Source of the DNA: Marinoscillum sp. | Lineage (GTDB): Bacteria; Bacteroidota; Bacteroidia; Cytophagales; MED-G16 | Direction: 5' to 3' | Assembly (NCBI GenBank): GCA_038134805.1 | Contig: JAYPVV010000005.1 | Span: forward strand, 10,752-74,751 | Length of the DNA stretch: 64,000 bases | Shown: piece after piece, positions 40,928 through 50,965 of the stretch | Layout: the number at the start of each line of letters is the position of its first letter | Numbering within the stretch: position 1 is the first letter of the stretch | Translations under genes and position numbers: made by a program | The notes under the pieces: model-generated | What the model was told of the DNA's origin: nothing | Databases searched by the model: none | The model's input: the letters and a program-made list of their open reading frames with translations, nothing else

Positions 40928-41320
40928 ATGCGCCTCGAAATTCCCTCCTTAAAAGAAAACGTCTCTATCGTTGAAAGTTTTATAGAAAACGCTGGAGATA
41001 AAATAAGAATCAAAGATAGTGTCTATGGGAACATTTTGGTTTCTGTGACAGAGGCTGTAAACAACGCAATCGTTCACGGAAACAAAGAAGACAAAGAAAA
41101 AAGGGTTAAAATTTCCCTCAAAAAAAACAAGAAAAGCGTCAGGTTTGTTGTTGAAGATGAGGGAACTGGGTTTAACCCAAAAACCCTCCCAGACCCAACA
41201 GACCCAAAAAACATTGAAAAAATTAAGGGTAGGGGTGTTTTTATAATAAAGAGCCTCAGCGACAAAGTTACGTTTAAAAACAACGGGAGGACCATTGTAA
41301 TGCTTTTTAAGCTGCCTTAA
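40928..41320 (+). CDS. RsbW-like anti-sigma factor / HATPase_c Ser kinase
   Basis: EAVNNAIVHGN, DEGTGF, PDP, GRGVFII. Confidence 0.85.
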   Translation: MRLEIPSLKENVSIVESFIENAGDKIRIKDSVYGNILVSVTEAVNNAIVHGNKEDKEKRVKISLKKNKKSVRFVVEDEGTGFNPKTLPDPTDPKNIEKIKGRGVFIIKSLSDKVTFKNNGRTIVMLFKLP

Positions 41321-41321
41321 A

Positions 41322-41747
41322 ATGAAAAAAATAAATTTTTTTAAAGAAAACACCAAATATAACCTTCAGAACAAAAAAGAACTAAAAGAGCTGGTGGAGA
41401 GTGTTTGTAAAAAAGAAGGTAAAAAACTTGTTTGTTTAAACCTGATTTTGTGCAACGATGATTACTTAAAGGAAATAAACAAAAAACACCTAAACAAAAC
41501 ATATTATACAGATGTAATCTCTTTCGACTTCAAAGAAGAAGAGAATAGCGTAGAGGGTGATGTTTATGTTAGTGTTGACAGAACAAAAGAAAACGCAAAA
41601 AATTTTAACTCAAAGCACCAAATTGAGCTTTTTCGAGTAATTATTCACGGGTTATTACACCTAATAGGGTATAACGATAAAACAAAAAAAGAAAAAGAGA
41701 TTATGACCCGAAAAGAAAATAAATACATTTCTTTGTATAAAAATTAA
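41322..41747 (+). CDS. ybeY: rRNA maturation endoribonuclease YbeY
   Basis: TDVISF, GDVYVS, HGLLHLIGYND. Confidence 0.95.
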   Translation: MKKINFFKENTKYNLQNKKELKELVESVCKKEGKKLVCLNLILCNDDYLKEINKKHLNKTYYTDVISFDFKEEENSVEGDVYVSVDRTKENAKNFNSKHQIELFRVIIHGLLHLIGYNDKTKKEKEIMTRKENKYISLYKN

Positions 41748-41750
41748 TAC

Positions 41751-41766
41751 TGTTCCACGTGGAACT
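41751..41766. promoter_or_regulatory. parS: parS centromere-like site
   Basis: TGTTCCACGTGGAACT: perfect 14-bp palindrome, 15/16 match to TGTTCCACGTGGAACA, in the ybeY-mnmG spacer. Confidence 0.85.
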
Positions 41767-41774
41767 CTTCTACT

Positions 41775-43625
41775 ATGTTTGCAGAATATGACATTATTGT
41801 TGTTGGGGCTGGTCACGCGGGCTGTGAGGCGGCGATGGCGGGGGCAAATATGGGCTCTCGTGTTCTTTTGGCAACAATGAATATGGGGACAATTGCACAA
41901 ATGTCTTGTAATCCGGCGATTGGTGGTGTGGCGAAAGGGCAGATTGTTAGGGAAATAGATGCTTTGGGGGGAGCAACAGGAATTGTTTCAGATGACACCG
42001 CTGTTCAATTTAGAATGCTAAACCTATCAAAGGGTCCCGCAATGTGGTCCCCAAGGGTACAAAGTGATCGCGCTCTTTTCGCAGAAAAATGGAGGTTTTT
42101 ACTAGAAAAAAACAAAAATGTTGACTTTTGGCAAGAAATGGTTGTCGGTTTGTTGGTAAAAAAAGGGGTGGTTGTTGGTGTGAAAACAGCGTTAGGATTA
42201 GAGATAAAAGCAAAATCTGTAGTTTTAACCAACGGAACCTTTTTAAATGGAATAATACACGTTGGAGAAAAGAAATTTGGCGGAGGGAGGACGGGAGAGA
42301 GAGCTTCTACTGGAATAACCGAACAATTAGAGGGGTTGGGGTTTGTTTCGGGGAGAATGAAAACAGGAACACCACCAAGATTAGACGGGAGAACAATAAA
42401 CTATAAAATAATTGAAGAACAAAAAGGAGACGAAAACCCAGGGGTTTTTTCTTTTTTAACAAAAAAAAAACTCAAGCAGCAACTCTCTTGCCACATAACA
42501 TACACGAATAAAAAAACGCACAACATTTTAGAGGGGGGGTTCTCTAAGTCCCCTATGTATACCGGAAGAATTAAGGGGTTGGGTCCGCGATACTGTCCCT
42601 CAATTGAGGATAAGGTAACTAGGTTTTCTGAAAGGGATCGGCATCAAATTTTTGTTGAACCAGAAGGGTGGAACACTATAGAGGTTTATGTAAACGGGTT
42701 TTCCACTTCCCTTCCTGAGGATGTGCAACTAAAAGCCTTACGATCCATCGTTGGTTTTGAAAGCGTTAAAATGTTTAGGCCTGGTTACGCAATTGAGTAT
42801 GATTATTTCCCACCAACACAACTAGACTTAACGCTAGAAACAAAACCAATTAAAAACCTTTATTTTGCCGGTCAAATCAACGGAACCACGGGATATGAGG
42901 AGGCCGCGTGCCAAGGTCTTATTGCGGGAATAAACGCCCATAATAAAATCAACAACAAAGGGCCTTTTGTCCTCTCTCGTTCAGACGCCTACATTGGTGT
43001 TTTGATTGATGATTTAATAAACAAAGGAACAGATGAGCCTTATAGAATGTTTACCTCTAGAGCTGAACACAGAATATTGTTGCGTCAAGATAACGCAGAT
43101 TTAAGATTAACAAAAATTGGATACAGCCTTGGTTTAGCATCAAAAGAAAGGCAGGGGTTGTTGTTAACAAAAGAAGAAAAGATAAACAAACTTAAGCAGC
43201 TTGTCGCCTCAAAAAAACTTTCGCCCGACGAGGCCAACCCGATTTTATCCTCTTTTGATTCAGAGCCAATTAAAGAAGCGCGGAGGTTGTTGGATTTGGT
43301 AAAAAGACCGGGGATTAACCTTTCTTCTTTGTTGAAAAAAACAAATGACCTGAGTGGATATTCTGTTGAAGAAATTAATCAGGTAGAAATATCTATTAAG
43401 TACGAAAGTTATATTGCAAAAGAAAAAGAGGTTGTTGATAAGATCAAAAGATTAGAAAAAAGCAAAATACCTAACGGTTTGGATTATTCAATTTTACCTT
43501 CTCTATCTGCAGAGGCGAAAGAAAAACTTCTAAAAATTCGGCCGTCTTCTATTGGTCAGGCCTCTAGAATCAGTGGGGTTTCTCCTTCGGACGTTGCTGT
43601 ATTGATGGTTTACCTAAAAAAATAA
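41775..43625 (+). CDS. mnmG: tRNA U34 modification enzyme MnmG (GidA)
   Basis: GAGHAGCEAA, MSCNPAIGG, KTGTPPR, GPRYCPSIEDK, GQINGTTGYEEAA. Confidence 0.98.
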   Translation: MFAEYDIIVVGAGHAGCEAAMAGANMGSRVLLATMNMGTIAQMSCNPAIGGVAKGQIVREIDALGGATGIVSDDTAVQFRMLNLSKGPAMWSPRVQSDRALFAEKWRFLLEKNKNVDFWQEMVVGLLVKKGVVVGVKTALGLEIKAKSVVLTNGTFLNGIIHVGEKKFGGGRTGERASTGITEQLEGLGFVSGRMKTGTPPRLDGRTINYKIIEEQKGDENPGVFSFLTKKKLKQQLSCHITYTNKKTHNILEGGFSKSPMYTGRIKGLGPRYCPSIEDKVTRFSERDRHQIFVEPEGWNTIEVYVNGFSTSLPEDVQLKALRSIVGFESVKMFRPGYAIEYDYFPPTQLDLTLETKPIKNLYFAGQINGTTGYEEAACQGLIAGINAHNKINNKGPFVLSRSDAYIGVLIDDLINKGTDEPYRMFTSRAEHRILLRQDNADLRLTKIGYSLGLASKERQGLLLTKEEKINKLKQLVASKKLSPDEANPILSSFDSEPIKEARRLLDLVKRPGINLSSLLKKTNDLSGYSVEEINQVEISIKYESYIAKEKEVVDKIKRLEKSKIPNGLDYSILPSLSAEAKEKLLKIRPSSIGQASRISGVSPSDVAVLMVYLKK

Positions 43626-43626
43626 G

Positions 43627-44454
43627 ATGGTTTGTTCGTTGTGTGAGTCAAAAAGTCTGGTTTTTTTTATAGAAACAAAAGATTATTCCTTCTCAAAAGA
43701 AAAGTTTAGTTTGTGTTTGTGTTCGGTTTGTGGGGTGTTAATTACAAAACCGTTTCCAAAAAAAATAAGTGAGTATTATGATAAAGAAAACTACCTTTCT
43801 TATAAGAAAAAGAATTCTTTTTTTGGAAAAGCTTATTCTTTGGTACAAAAAGCAAACAACGAACTTAAGTTTAGGTTTCTTAAGAGATATAACAAAAAAT
43901 CTCTTTTAGATTTTGGGGCGGGGTCGGGTAATTTTCTTAAAGAGGCAAAAAAAAGAGGTTTTTTAGCTTATGGTTACGAACCTATAAACGCGACCTCTAA
44001 TGATTATGTTTTTGATGACTTAAAAACGATTCCTGTGCGAGATTTTGATATAATTACCTTGTGGCACGTTCTTGAACACATCAAAAACCCACTTTTTATA
44101 CTTCAAAAACTTAAGAAAAGACTTAATAAAAACGGACTTATTTGTGTTGCTATCCCTAATAGAGATTCTTTTGATGCCTCTTATTATGGTAAAGTATGGG
44201 CGGGATATGACGTTCCTCGACACTTATATCATTTTAACGAAAAATCTTTTCTTTTTTTATTAAAAAGGGCGGGATTGACCTTGTTAGAAAAAAAACCACT
44301 GTTTTTTGATTCTTTTTATGTCTCTATGATAAGCGAAAAAAACAAAAAAAACCCATTTTGGGTAGTTAAAGGGTTTTTAGTTGGTTTACTTTCAAACATC
44401 TTTGCTTTATACAACAAAAAATATTCAAGTATTATTTATATTATTAGCAGATGA
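43627..44454 (+). CDS. Class I SAM-dependent methyltransferase with N-terminal Cys knuckle
   Basis: CxxC..CxxC, LDFGAGSG, ITLWHVLEH, YDVPRHLYHF. Confidence 0.85.
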   Translation: MVCSLCESKSLVFFIETKDYSFSKEKFSLCLCSVCGVLITKPFPKKISEYYDKENYLSYKKKNSFFGKAYSLVQKANNELKFRFLKRYNKKSLLDFGAGSGNFLKEAKKRGFLAYGYEPINATSNDYVFDDLKTIPVRDFDIITLWHVLEHIKNPLFILQKLKKRLNKNGLICVAIPNRDSFDASYYGKVWAGYDVPRHLYHFNEKSFLFLLKRAGLTLLEKKPLFFDSFYVSMISEKNKKNPFWVVKGFLVGLLSNIFALYNKKYSSIIYIISR

Positions 44455-46181
44455 TACGGTTTTTTATAATTGTGTTTTTATTATCATATGGGTGCGCTCA
44501 GGTTAGGCCTTTAACTGGTGGTGACAAAGACACAATACCTCCAAACATAATTTTCTCTTTACCTAATGAATTGTCAACAAACGTAAACAGCAAAAATTTT
44601 TACTTTGAATTTGATGAAATTATTGACGCCTCACTGCTCGAAGACAAAATGATAATATCTCCTTATTATTCTGGGGGTTTTGAGACTGTGGTTAAAAAAA
44701 ACACATTAAAAATTCTGTTTGACTCGGTCTTTAATAAAAACACGACTTATATTTTAAATTTTGCTGATGGAATCAAAGATATAACCGAAAAAAACCCCTC
44801 AATATACTCAAAATATATATTTAGCACAGGGAACAAGATCGACTCATCTTCAATTTCTGGGAGGGTTCAAGATCCAATAAACAATGTTTATCTAGAAAAC
44901 ATCTTAGTTGGTTTATACAACGCCGATGACAGCTTAGGTTTGTTTACCAAAAAGCCTATTTATTTCTCTCAAACAGATGATTTGGGTTTTTTTGAAATAA
45001 ATAATGTAAAAGAAGGAAATTATGTTTTATATGCTTTCAACGATGAAAACAAAAACTTTAAGGCAGATTATAAAAGTGAGTCTTTTGGGTTTAAAGAAGG
45101 TTTATTAAATGTAAATGGTAACTTAGAAGGGGTTTATGTTCCTTTGTTTAAAGAGGATGTTACAGATTTTAAGGTTTTAAGAACAAGAAAACGAGGCGAT
45201 TTCTTTGAAATAATTTTCAATAAAGATATCTCTGATTATTATATAGAAAACAAAGATATTTTCTTTTCTTTATACGATAACACAACACTGCGTTTTTATA
45301 ATAAAAGCTTGACTTCTGATTCGGTTTTAATTAAATATTCTGTTTTTGATTTATACTCAAATAATGTTATAGACAGTGTTTTTGTTGGGTTCAGTGAAAA
45401 TGAAGTAAACTATGAATTAAGATCAAGTTTTTCCTTTTCTGATAATAATTTTGATGACACTATTTATTTCTCTTTTAACTCAAATATTCCATTAATTGAC
45501 TACGAAATAAATAATTATTATTTAAAATTAGATACTTTGTTTCTTCCTAATAAGCATTTGAACCACTTTACTTATAAAAAAAATAATAATGAAATTGAGG
45601 GATATTTTTACTTAAATAAAGATTCTATAGAAAATTATATTACTTATAAAAAAAATAATTTGATTGAAGACAGTGTTAATGTAAAAGACTCTATAAGATT
45701 TGGATTATTAGATTATTTTAAAAACCTTCAATTAAACAAAATTGTTATAGGTTTTAAAGAGGGTGATTTAATAACAATAAAAGGAGATACTATTTCTGAT
45801 TTTAAGAAAGATTTAGTCTATAATGAGGATGATTTTTATGGAGATTTAAGCGGTGTTGTTAATTTAGATAAAGATGATTTTTATGTTGAGCTTGTTAATG
45901 AAAACTTTACTAAAATTTATAAAAACAAAAGATCTGGTAATTTTTTTCTTTTTAATAAGATAAAGCCAGGTAAGTATTTTTTAAGAGTTGTTATAGATAA
46001 TAATAGTAATAATAAATGGGATTATTATAGTATAAAAACTAAAAAAAGTAGCGAGAGTATATTTTATTACTCTGATGTTATTGAAATTTTTTCGAATTGG
46101 TCAATTGAAGATTTTGTTTTTGATGTTAATCAAAGTGTTGATAGAATGTTCATTAAAAGTAAAGAAGTAAATAAAAAATAG
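44451..46181 (+). CDS. Ig-like (Big_5-type) domain lipoprotein
   Basis: Lipobox SYGC, GGDKDTIPP, FEFDE, NTTY.LNF.DGIKD, FSTG. Confidence 0.75.
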   Translation: MIRFFIIVFLLSYGCAQVRPLTGGDKDTIPPNIIFSLPNELSTNVNSKNFYFEFDEIIDASLLEDKMIISPYYSGGFETVVKKNTLKILFDSVFNKNTTYILNFADGIKDITEKNPSIYSKYIFSTGNKIDSSSISGRVQDPINNVYLENILVGLYNADDSLGLFTKKPIYFSQTDDLGFFEINNVKEGNYVLYAFNDENKNFKADYKSESFGFKEGLLNVNGNLEGVYVPLFKEDVTDFKVLRTRKRGDFFEIIFNKDISDYYIENKDIFFSLYDNTTLRFYNKSLTSDSVLIKYSVFDLYSNNVIDSVFVGFSENEVNYELRSSFSFSDNNFDDTIYFSFNSNIPLIDYEINNYYLKLDTLFLPNKHLNHFTYKKNNNEIEGYFYLNKDSIENYITYKKNNLIEDSVNVKDSIRFGLLDYFKNLQLNKIVIGFKEGDLITIKGDTISDFKKDLVYNEDDFYGDLSGVVNLDKDDFYVELVNENFTKIYKNKRSGNFFLFNKIKPGKYFLRVVIDNNSNNKWDYYSIKTKKSSESIFYYSDVIEIFSNWSIEDFVFDVNQSVDRMFIKSKEVNKK

Positions 46182-46420
46182 ATATAAAAAACTAACTATT
46201 TTTTTTCAACATTTTTTTATTCACAAGGTAACATATATATATAGTATAACACGGAATATCATCCTGATTTACAGATATTTAGAAGTTAAAAAGATGTTTA
46301 TAAAATATTAATTTAAAACTATTAACATATCAACATTTTAATAATAATAATAAAATAATATAGTAATAAGTATATAGTAATAAACGAATTTTATTTTTTC
46401 ATTTGACGATTTGTTCATTA
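46124..46420. other. oriC: Putative chromosomal replication origin (oriC)
   Basis: Largest spacer in the window, very AT-rich; DnaA-box-like 9-mers at 46136(-), 46203, 46217 (TTATTCACA), 46295(-), tandem 46319/46327; then (TAA)5 at 46339-46353; parS and mnmG within 5 kb. Confidence 0.75.
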
Positions 46421-46446
46421 AATTTTTATAATCTTGTTAGTAAGTA

Positions 46447-48849
46447 ATGGAAAAAATAAAAATAAAAAATGTTGCAGTAATTGGCTCTGGAATTATGGGG
46501 TCAAGAATAGCTTGTCATTTAGCTAATGTAGGATTGAATGTATTGATATTAGACATAGCGCCAAAGGAATTAAATGAAGAGGAAAAAAGAAATAATAAAA
46601 AAATTACAGATAAAGATGTAAAAAATAGAATTGTTAATTTCTCTTTAGAAAATGCAATAAAATCAAAACCATCTCCATTATTTATTAATTATTTATCTCA
46701 AAATATAAAAACAGGTAATATTGAAGACGATATAGGTTTAGTATCAAAAGTTGATTGGATTATAGAAGCGGTGGTAGAAAATTTAAATATTAAAAATTCA
46801 GTTTATGATCTTATAGAAAAACATAGAAAAAAAAACACTATAATATCAACAAACACATCTGGAATACCTATAAATCAAATTTCAAAAGGAAGATCTCAAA
46901 ATTTTAAAAAAATGTTTTTAGGAACACATTTTTTTAATCCCCCAAGATACTTACGTTTATTAGAAATTATTCCAGGAGAGGAAACAGATAAAAAAATAGT
47001 TTCTTTTTTTAATGAATTTGGATCTACTGTTTTAGGAAAAGAAATAGTTTTATGTAAAGATACACCTGCTTTTATAGCAAATAGATTGGGTATTTACTCA
47101 TTAATGTCAACAATTCATTCTGTTGAAAAATTTGATTTATCTGTTTCTGAAGTAGATTTTTTAACGGGTGATATTATTGGAAGACCAAAATCAGCAACAT
47201 TTAGAACAATGGATGTTGTAGGGTTAGATACTGCTATTAATGTATCAAAAAACTTATTAAAAGATCTTAAAAAAGACGAATCTGTTTCAATTTTTAATTT
47301 ACCCTCTTCAGTTAAAAAACTTTATGATAAAAACCTTTGGGGGGATAAAACAAAAAAAGGATTCTATAAAAAAGAAGTTTCAGAAAAAGGTGAAAAATTA
47401 TTTTATGAAATAAACCTAAAAACGACAGAATATTCTCTTAATAACAAAGCTATAAATGAGGATTTATTAAAAATAAAAAAGATAGATTCTTTATCTGAAA
47501 GGATAAAAAAACTTTTATCATTAAACACTAAATATGGTGATTTTTATAAAGAAATCTTTTATGATACATTTAGATACTGCTCTTTAAGAATACCAGAAAT
47601 AAGCGATGATTTACACAAAATAGACACAGCTATTTGTTCTGGATTTGGTTGGAAAAAAGGACCTTTTGAAACATGGGATATGTTGGGGGTAGAAAAAACC
47701 CTCCTTGAAATGAATAAATTAAAAATAAAACCAGCGCCTTGGGTAGAAGAAATGTTAAAAAAAGGACACCCTTCTTTTTATAAATATGAAAAAGAAACCA
47801 AATATTATTATGATATTAATAACCAAAAATATTTACCTGTTCCCGGTTTAGATTCATTAATAATACTAGACGCCTATAAAAAAAATAATATTGTTTGGTC
47901 AAACAAATCAACAACAATATATGATGTTAACGATGGGATTTTACTTTTAGAGTTTCATTCTAAAATGAACACAATGGGAAAAGAGGTTTTAGAAGGAATA
48001 AATAAAGCTATAGATATTTGTGAATCTCAATACGAGGGTTTAATAATAGGAAACGAATCAGAATACTTTTCAGCAGGAGCAGACTTAGGAACCGTTTTTA
48101 TGTTAGCTGGAAACAGGGATTATAAACAAATAGAAAAATCAATAAGATTTTTTCAAGAAACAACAATGAGAGTTAAATATTCTTCAATTCCTGTCGTTGT
48201 TGCCACGTCAGGATTAGCCTTAGGAGGAGCCTGTGAGTTAAGTATGCATTCTGACTACGTTCAAGCTCACAACGAAACATATATGGGTTTAGTTGAATTA
48301 GGAGCAGGACTTATACCCGCCGGAGGAGGAACAAAAGAAATGGTAAAAAGAACAGCATCCTCTTATAAAAAAGGAGACCCAGAGTTTAATGTTTTAATGA
48401 GTGCTTTTATGAATATAGCAACAGCTAAAGTCAGTTCGTCTGCCGCAGAAGCATATGAAATGGGATATTTAGAAAAAACAAAAACATCAGCGAACAGAAA
48501 ACGATTGTTGGTTGATGCAAAAAACAAAATTCTCAATATTTTGTCTTTTGGTTATACCCAACCTCAAGCAAGCAATCACATTAAGGTTCATGGGCGTTCA
48601 GCATTAGCTATGTTTAATGCTGGAATTGAAACTATGAGGCAGGGGAAATATATATCAGATTATGACAAATTCCTCGCGCAAAAACTAGCATATATTATGT
48701 GTGGAGGAGATTTAACTCAAGAGAGCTTTGTTAGCGAACAATATTTGTTAGATTTAGAAAGAGAAGCAATGGTTAGTCTTTGTGGAGAAGAAAAAACCCT
48801 TCAAAGAATGCACTCTATATTATTTAAAAGAAAACCACTAAGAAATTAA
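46447..48849 (+). CDS. fadN: 3-hydroxyacyl-CoA dehydrogenase / enoyl-CoA hydratase (FadN type)
   Basis: GSGIMG, IEAVVE, NTSGIP, HFFNPPRYL, FIANR; C-terminal crotonase FSAGADL, LGGACE. Confidence 0.92.
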   Translation: MEKIKIKNVAVIGSGIMGSRIACHLANVGLNVLILDIAPKELNEEEKRNNKKITDKDVKNRIVNFSLENAIKSKPSPLFINYLSQNIKTGNIEDDIGLVSKVDWIIEAVVENLNIKNSVYDLIEKHRKKNTIISTNTSGIPINQISKGRSQNFKKMFLGTHFFNPPRYLRLLEIIPGEETDKKIVSFFNEFGSTVLGKEIVLCKDTPAFIANRLGIYSLMSTIHSVEKFDLSVSEVDFLTGDIIGRPKSATFRTMDVVGLDTAINVSKNLLKDLKKDESVSIFNLPSSVKKLYDKNLWGDKTKKGFYKKEVSEKGEKLFYEINLKTTEYSLNNKAINEDLLKIKKIDSLSERIKKLLSLNTKYGDFYKEIFYDTFRYCSLRIPEISDDLHKIDTAICSGFGWKKGPFETWDMLGVEKTLLEMNKLKIKPAPWVEEMLKKGHPSFYKYEKETKYYYDINNQKYLPVPGLDSLIILDAYKKNNIVWSNKSTTIYDVNDGILLLEFHSKMNTMGKEVLEGINKAIDICESQYEGLIIGNESEYFSAGADLGTVFMLAGNRDYKQIEKSIRFFQETTMRVKYSSIPVVVATSGLALGGACELSMHSDYVQAHNETYMGLVELGAGLIPAGGGTKEMVKRTASSYKKGDPEFNVLMSAFMNIATAKVSSSAAEAYEMGYLEKTKTSANRKRLLVDAKNKILNILSFGYTQPQASNHIKVHGRSALAMFNAGIETMRQGKYISDYDKFLAQKLAYIMCGGDLTQESFVSEQYLLDLEREAMVSLCGEEKTLQRMHSILFKRKPLRN

Positions 48850-48850
48850 A

Positions 48851-50023
48851 ATGAAAGAAGCATATATTGTGTCTGGGTTAAGATCTCCCGTGGCAAAAGC
48901 AAAAAAAGGAGGCCTGAGGTTTGTTAGACCAGACGATTTAGCAGCTACAGTTATTAAGAGACTTGTTGAAAAAACAGATAATCTTGAAGGCCATATGGTT
49001 GATGACCTAATTGTTGGAAACGCCGTCCCGGAAGCAGAACAAGGAATGCAAATGGCTAGATATATCTCTTTGCTCTCCTTGCCAAAAGAGGTTCCTGGGT
49101 TAATAATAAACAGATACTGTGGTTCTGGTTTGGAGGCAATACATTTGGCTTGTGCAAAAATTAATTCAGGTTCGGCGGATTGTGTAATTGCAGGAGGAAC
49201 AGAATCCATGAGTATGGTTCCAATGACAGGGTATAAATCTGCTTTAAATTACTCTATTTCAAAAAACAACCCAGAATATTATCTTAATATGGGTTTAACA
49301 GCAGAAAAATTAGCCCTTAAGTATGAAATCTCAAGAGAAGAATCAGATATATTTTCATTAAATTCTCACAAAAAAGCGGTAAGGGCAATTGAAGAAAACA
49401 TATTTGAAAAAGAAATTGTTCCCGTTACCGTTGACCAAGTGGCTGTTGTTGACGGAGTAAAAAAAACAAACAGTTGGGTTGTATCCAAAGACGAAGGACC
49501 AAGAAAAGACACCACAATTGAAGCTCTTTCTTCTTTAAGGCCAGCATTTAAAATAGGGGGTCAAGTAACCGCGGGCAACTCTTCCCAGATGTCAGATGGC
49601 GCTGCTTTTGTGGTTGTTATGTCTGAAAGGCTTATTAAAAAACTTAATATTCAGCCGATTGCTAAAATGATTTCTTATGCCACAGCGGGGGTTGAACCAA
49701 GCATAATGGGAATAGGCCCAGCAAAAGCTGTTCCAAAAGCATTAAACTTTGCTGGATTGAAAATGTCAGACATAGAACAAATTGAATTAAACGAAGCGTT
49801 TGCCTCACAAGCCCTTTCTGTTATTAAAAAGCTAGAACTAAACCCAGAAATAGTTAATGTAAACGGAGGAGCGGTTGCTTTAGGTCACCCTCTTGGAATG
49901 ACAGGCGCTAAATTATCTATTCAGCTGATTAATGAAATGAAGAGAAGAAAACAAAAATATGGAATAGTTACAGCTTGTGTTGGTGGGGGACAGGGAGTTT
50001 GTGGGGTTTTTGAAACCTTTTAG
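48851..50023 (+). CDS. fadA: Acetyl-CoA C-acyltransferase (thiolase)
   Basis: NRYCGSG, NEAFA, GHPLG, ACVGGGQG. Confidence 0.95.
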   Translation: MKEAYIVSGLRSPVAKAKKGGLRFVRPDDLAATVIKRLVEKTDNLEGHMVDDLIVGNAVPEAEQGMQMARYISLLSLPKEVPGLIINRYCGSGLEAIHLACAKINSGSADCVIAGGTESMSMVPMTGYKSALNYSISKNNPEYYLNMGLTAEKLALKYEISREESDIFSLNSHKKAVRAIEENIFEKEIVPVTVDQVAVVDGVKKTNSWVVSKDEGPRKDTTIEALSSLRPAFKIGGQVTAGNSSQMSDGAAFVVVMSERLIKKLNIQPIAKMISYATAGVEPSIMGIGPAKAVPKALNFAGLKMSDIEQIELNEAFASQALSVIKKLELNPEIVNVNGGAVALGHPLGMTGAKLSIQLINEMKRRKQKYGIVTACVGGGQGVCGVFETF

Positions 50024-50568
50024 TTTTCAACCTCAACAACAACCTCTATCTCAACAGAGATGTCGCCAGGGAGAGAAACCATTCCAACAGCAGATCGCGC
50101 GTGTTTACCCCTATCACCAAACACATCTACTATAAAATCAGAAAACCCATTAATTACAGCAGGTTGTTTATTAAAATTAGGGGTTGAGTTTACCATACCA
50201 ATAACCTTAACAAAACGAACAACTTTATTTAAATCACCAATCTCATCTTTGAGAGAGGCTAGTATGTTTAAGGCGGTTAGTCTTGCGGCATCATAACCCT
50301 CATCTACAGAAAGGTCACCATCCACTTTCCCTGTTATATACTCTCCTGTTTGTTTTTTAGGACCCGTTCCAGAAATATAGACAAGTTTTGTGTCTTTTCC
50401 TTTAGAAAAAGATACAGCAGGAACATAATTTGCTATAGGTTTAGAAACCTCTGGGATTGAAAAACCAAGCTCTTCTATTTTTAACTCAACATCGTAATCA
50501 TAGAGGGGTTTTTTAGGCGCACACCCAAAAACAAAAACAAAAACAAAAAACCTAATTAGGTTCACCAT
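50020..50568 (-). CDS. RidA/YjgF-family protein with lipoprotein signal
   Basis: Lipobox-like FVFGC; ANYVP, VINGFSD, GKHARSAVG..SLP. Confidence 0.85.
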   Translation of the reverse strand: MVNLIRFFVFVFVFGCAPKKPLYDYDVELKIEELGFSIPEVSKPIANYVPAVSFSKGKDTKLVYISGTGPKKQTGEYITGKVDGDLSVDEGYDAARLTALNILASLKDEIGDLNKVVRFVKVIGMVNSTPNFNKQPAVINGFSDFIVDVFGDRGKHARSAVGMVSLPGDISVEIEVVVEVEN

Positions 50569-50965
50569 AAGTAGTAATAATTATTTTTCTATTTCCCCCG
50601 TTGTTTCTGTGTTCACACAAATAAACACCCTGCCAGACACCAAACAAAGGTACTCCTTTTTTAATAGGAAAAGAAACAGAAGACCCCAACAAACTTGATT
50701 TGATATGAGATGTCATATCGTCAGGACCCTCGTAGGTGTGTTTAAAATATGTTTCTTTTTCAGAAACAAGTTTGTTGAAGTGTGTTTCAAAGTCTTCTCT
50801 AACAGTTGGGTCTACATTTTCATTTATAGTTAGACTAGCAGAGGTGTGTTTAATAAAAACATGAACAACCCCAGTGGTTTTTGGTAAAGAGTCGGTAATA
50901 TATTTTGTTATTAAATGGAACCCTCTAGAAAAAAAAGGAAGCGTTATTTCTTTTTGACTAACCAT
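50552..50965 (-). CDS. yjbQ: YjbQ/UPF0047 family protein
   Basis: [35 protein letters not shown]. Confidence 0.92.
   Translation of the reverse strand: MVSQKEITLPFFSRGFHLITKYITDSLPKTTGVVHVFIKHTSASLTINENVDPTVREDFETHFNKLVSEKETYFKHTYEGPDDMTSHIKSSLLGSSVSFPIKKGVPLFGVWQGVYLCEHRNNGGNRKIIITTYGEPN

Noticed and set aside
46339-46385. TAA/TAG repeats as a CRISPR array or VNTR
   Set aside because: No repeat-spacer structure and no cas genes; better explained as DnaA-trios / unwinding element
44451-48000. Low-GC stretch as a horizontally acquired island
   Set aside because: Contains ordinary Bacteroidota genes, no integrase, IS or att sites; the AT peak centres on the putative oriC
50527-50550. (AAAAAC)n microsatellite
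   Set aside because: Encodes the FVFVFVF hydrophobic signal core; the 6-nt unit keeps frame; low complexity
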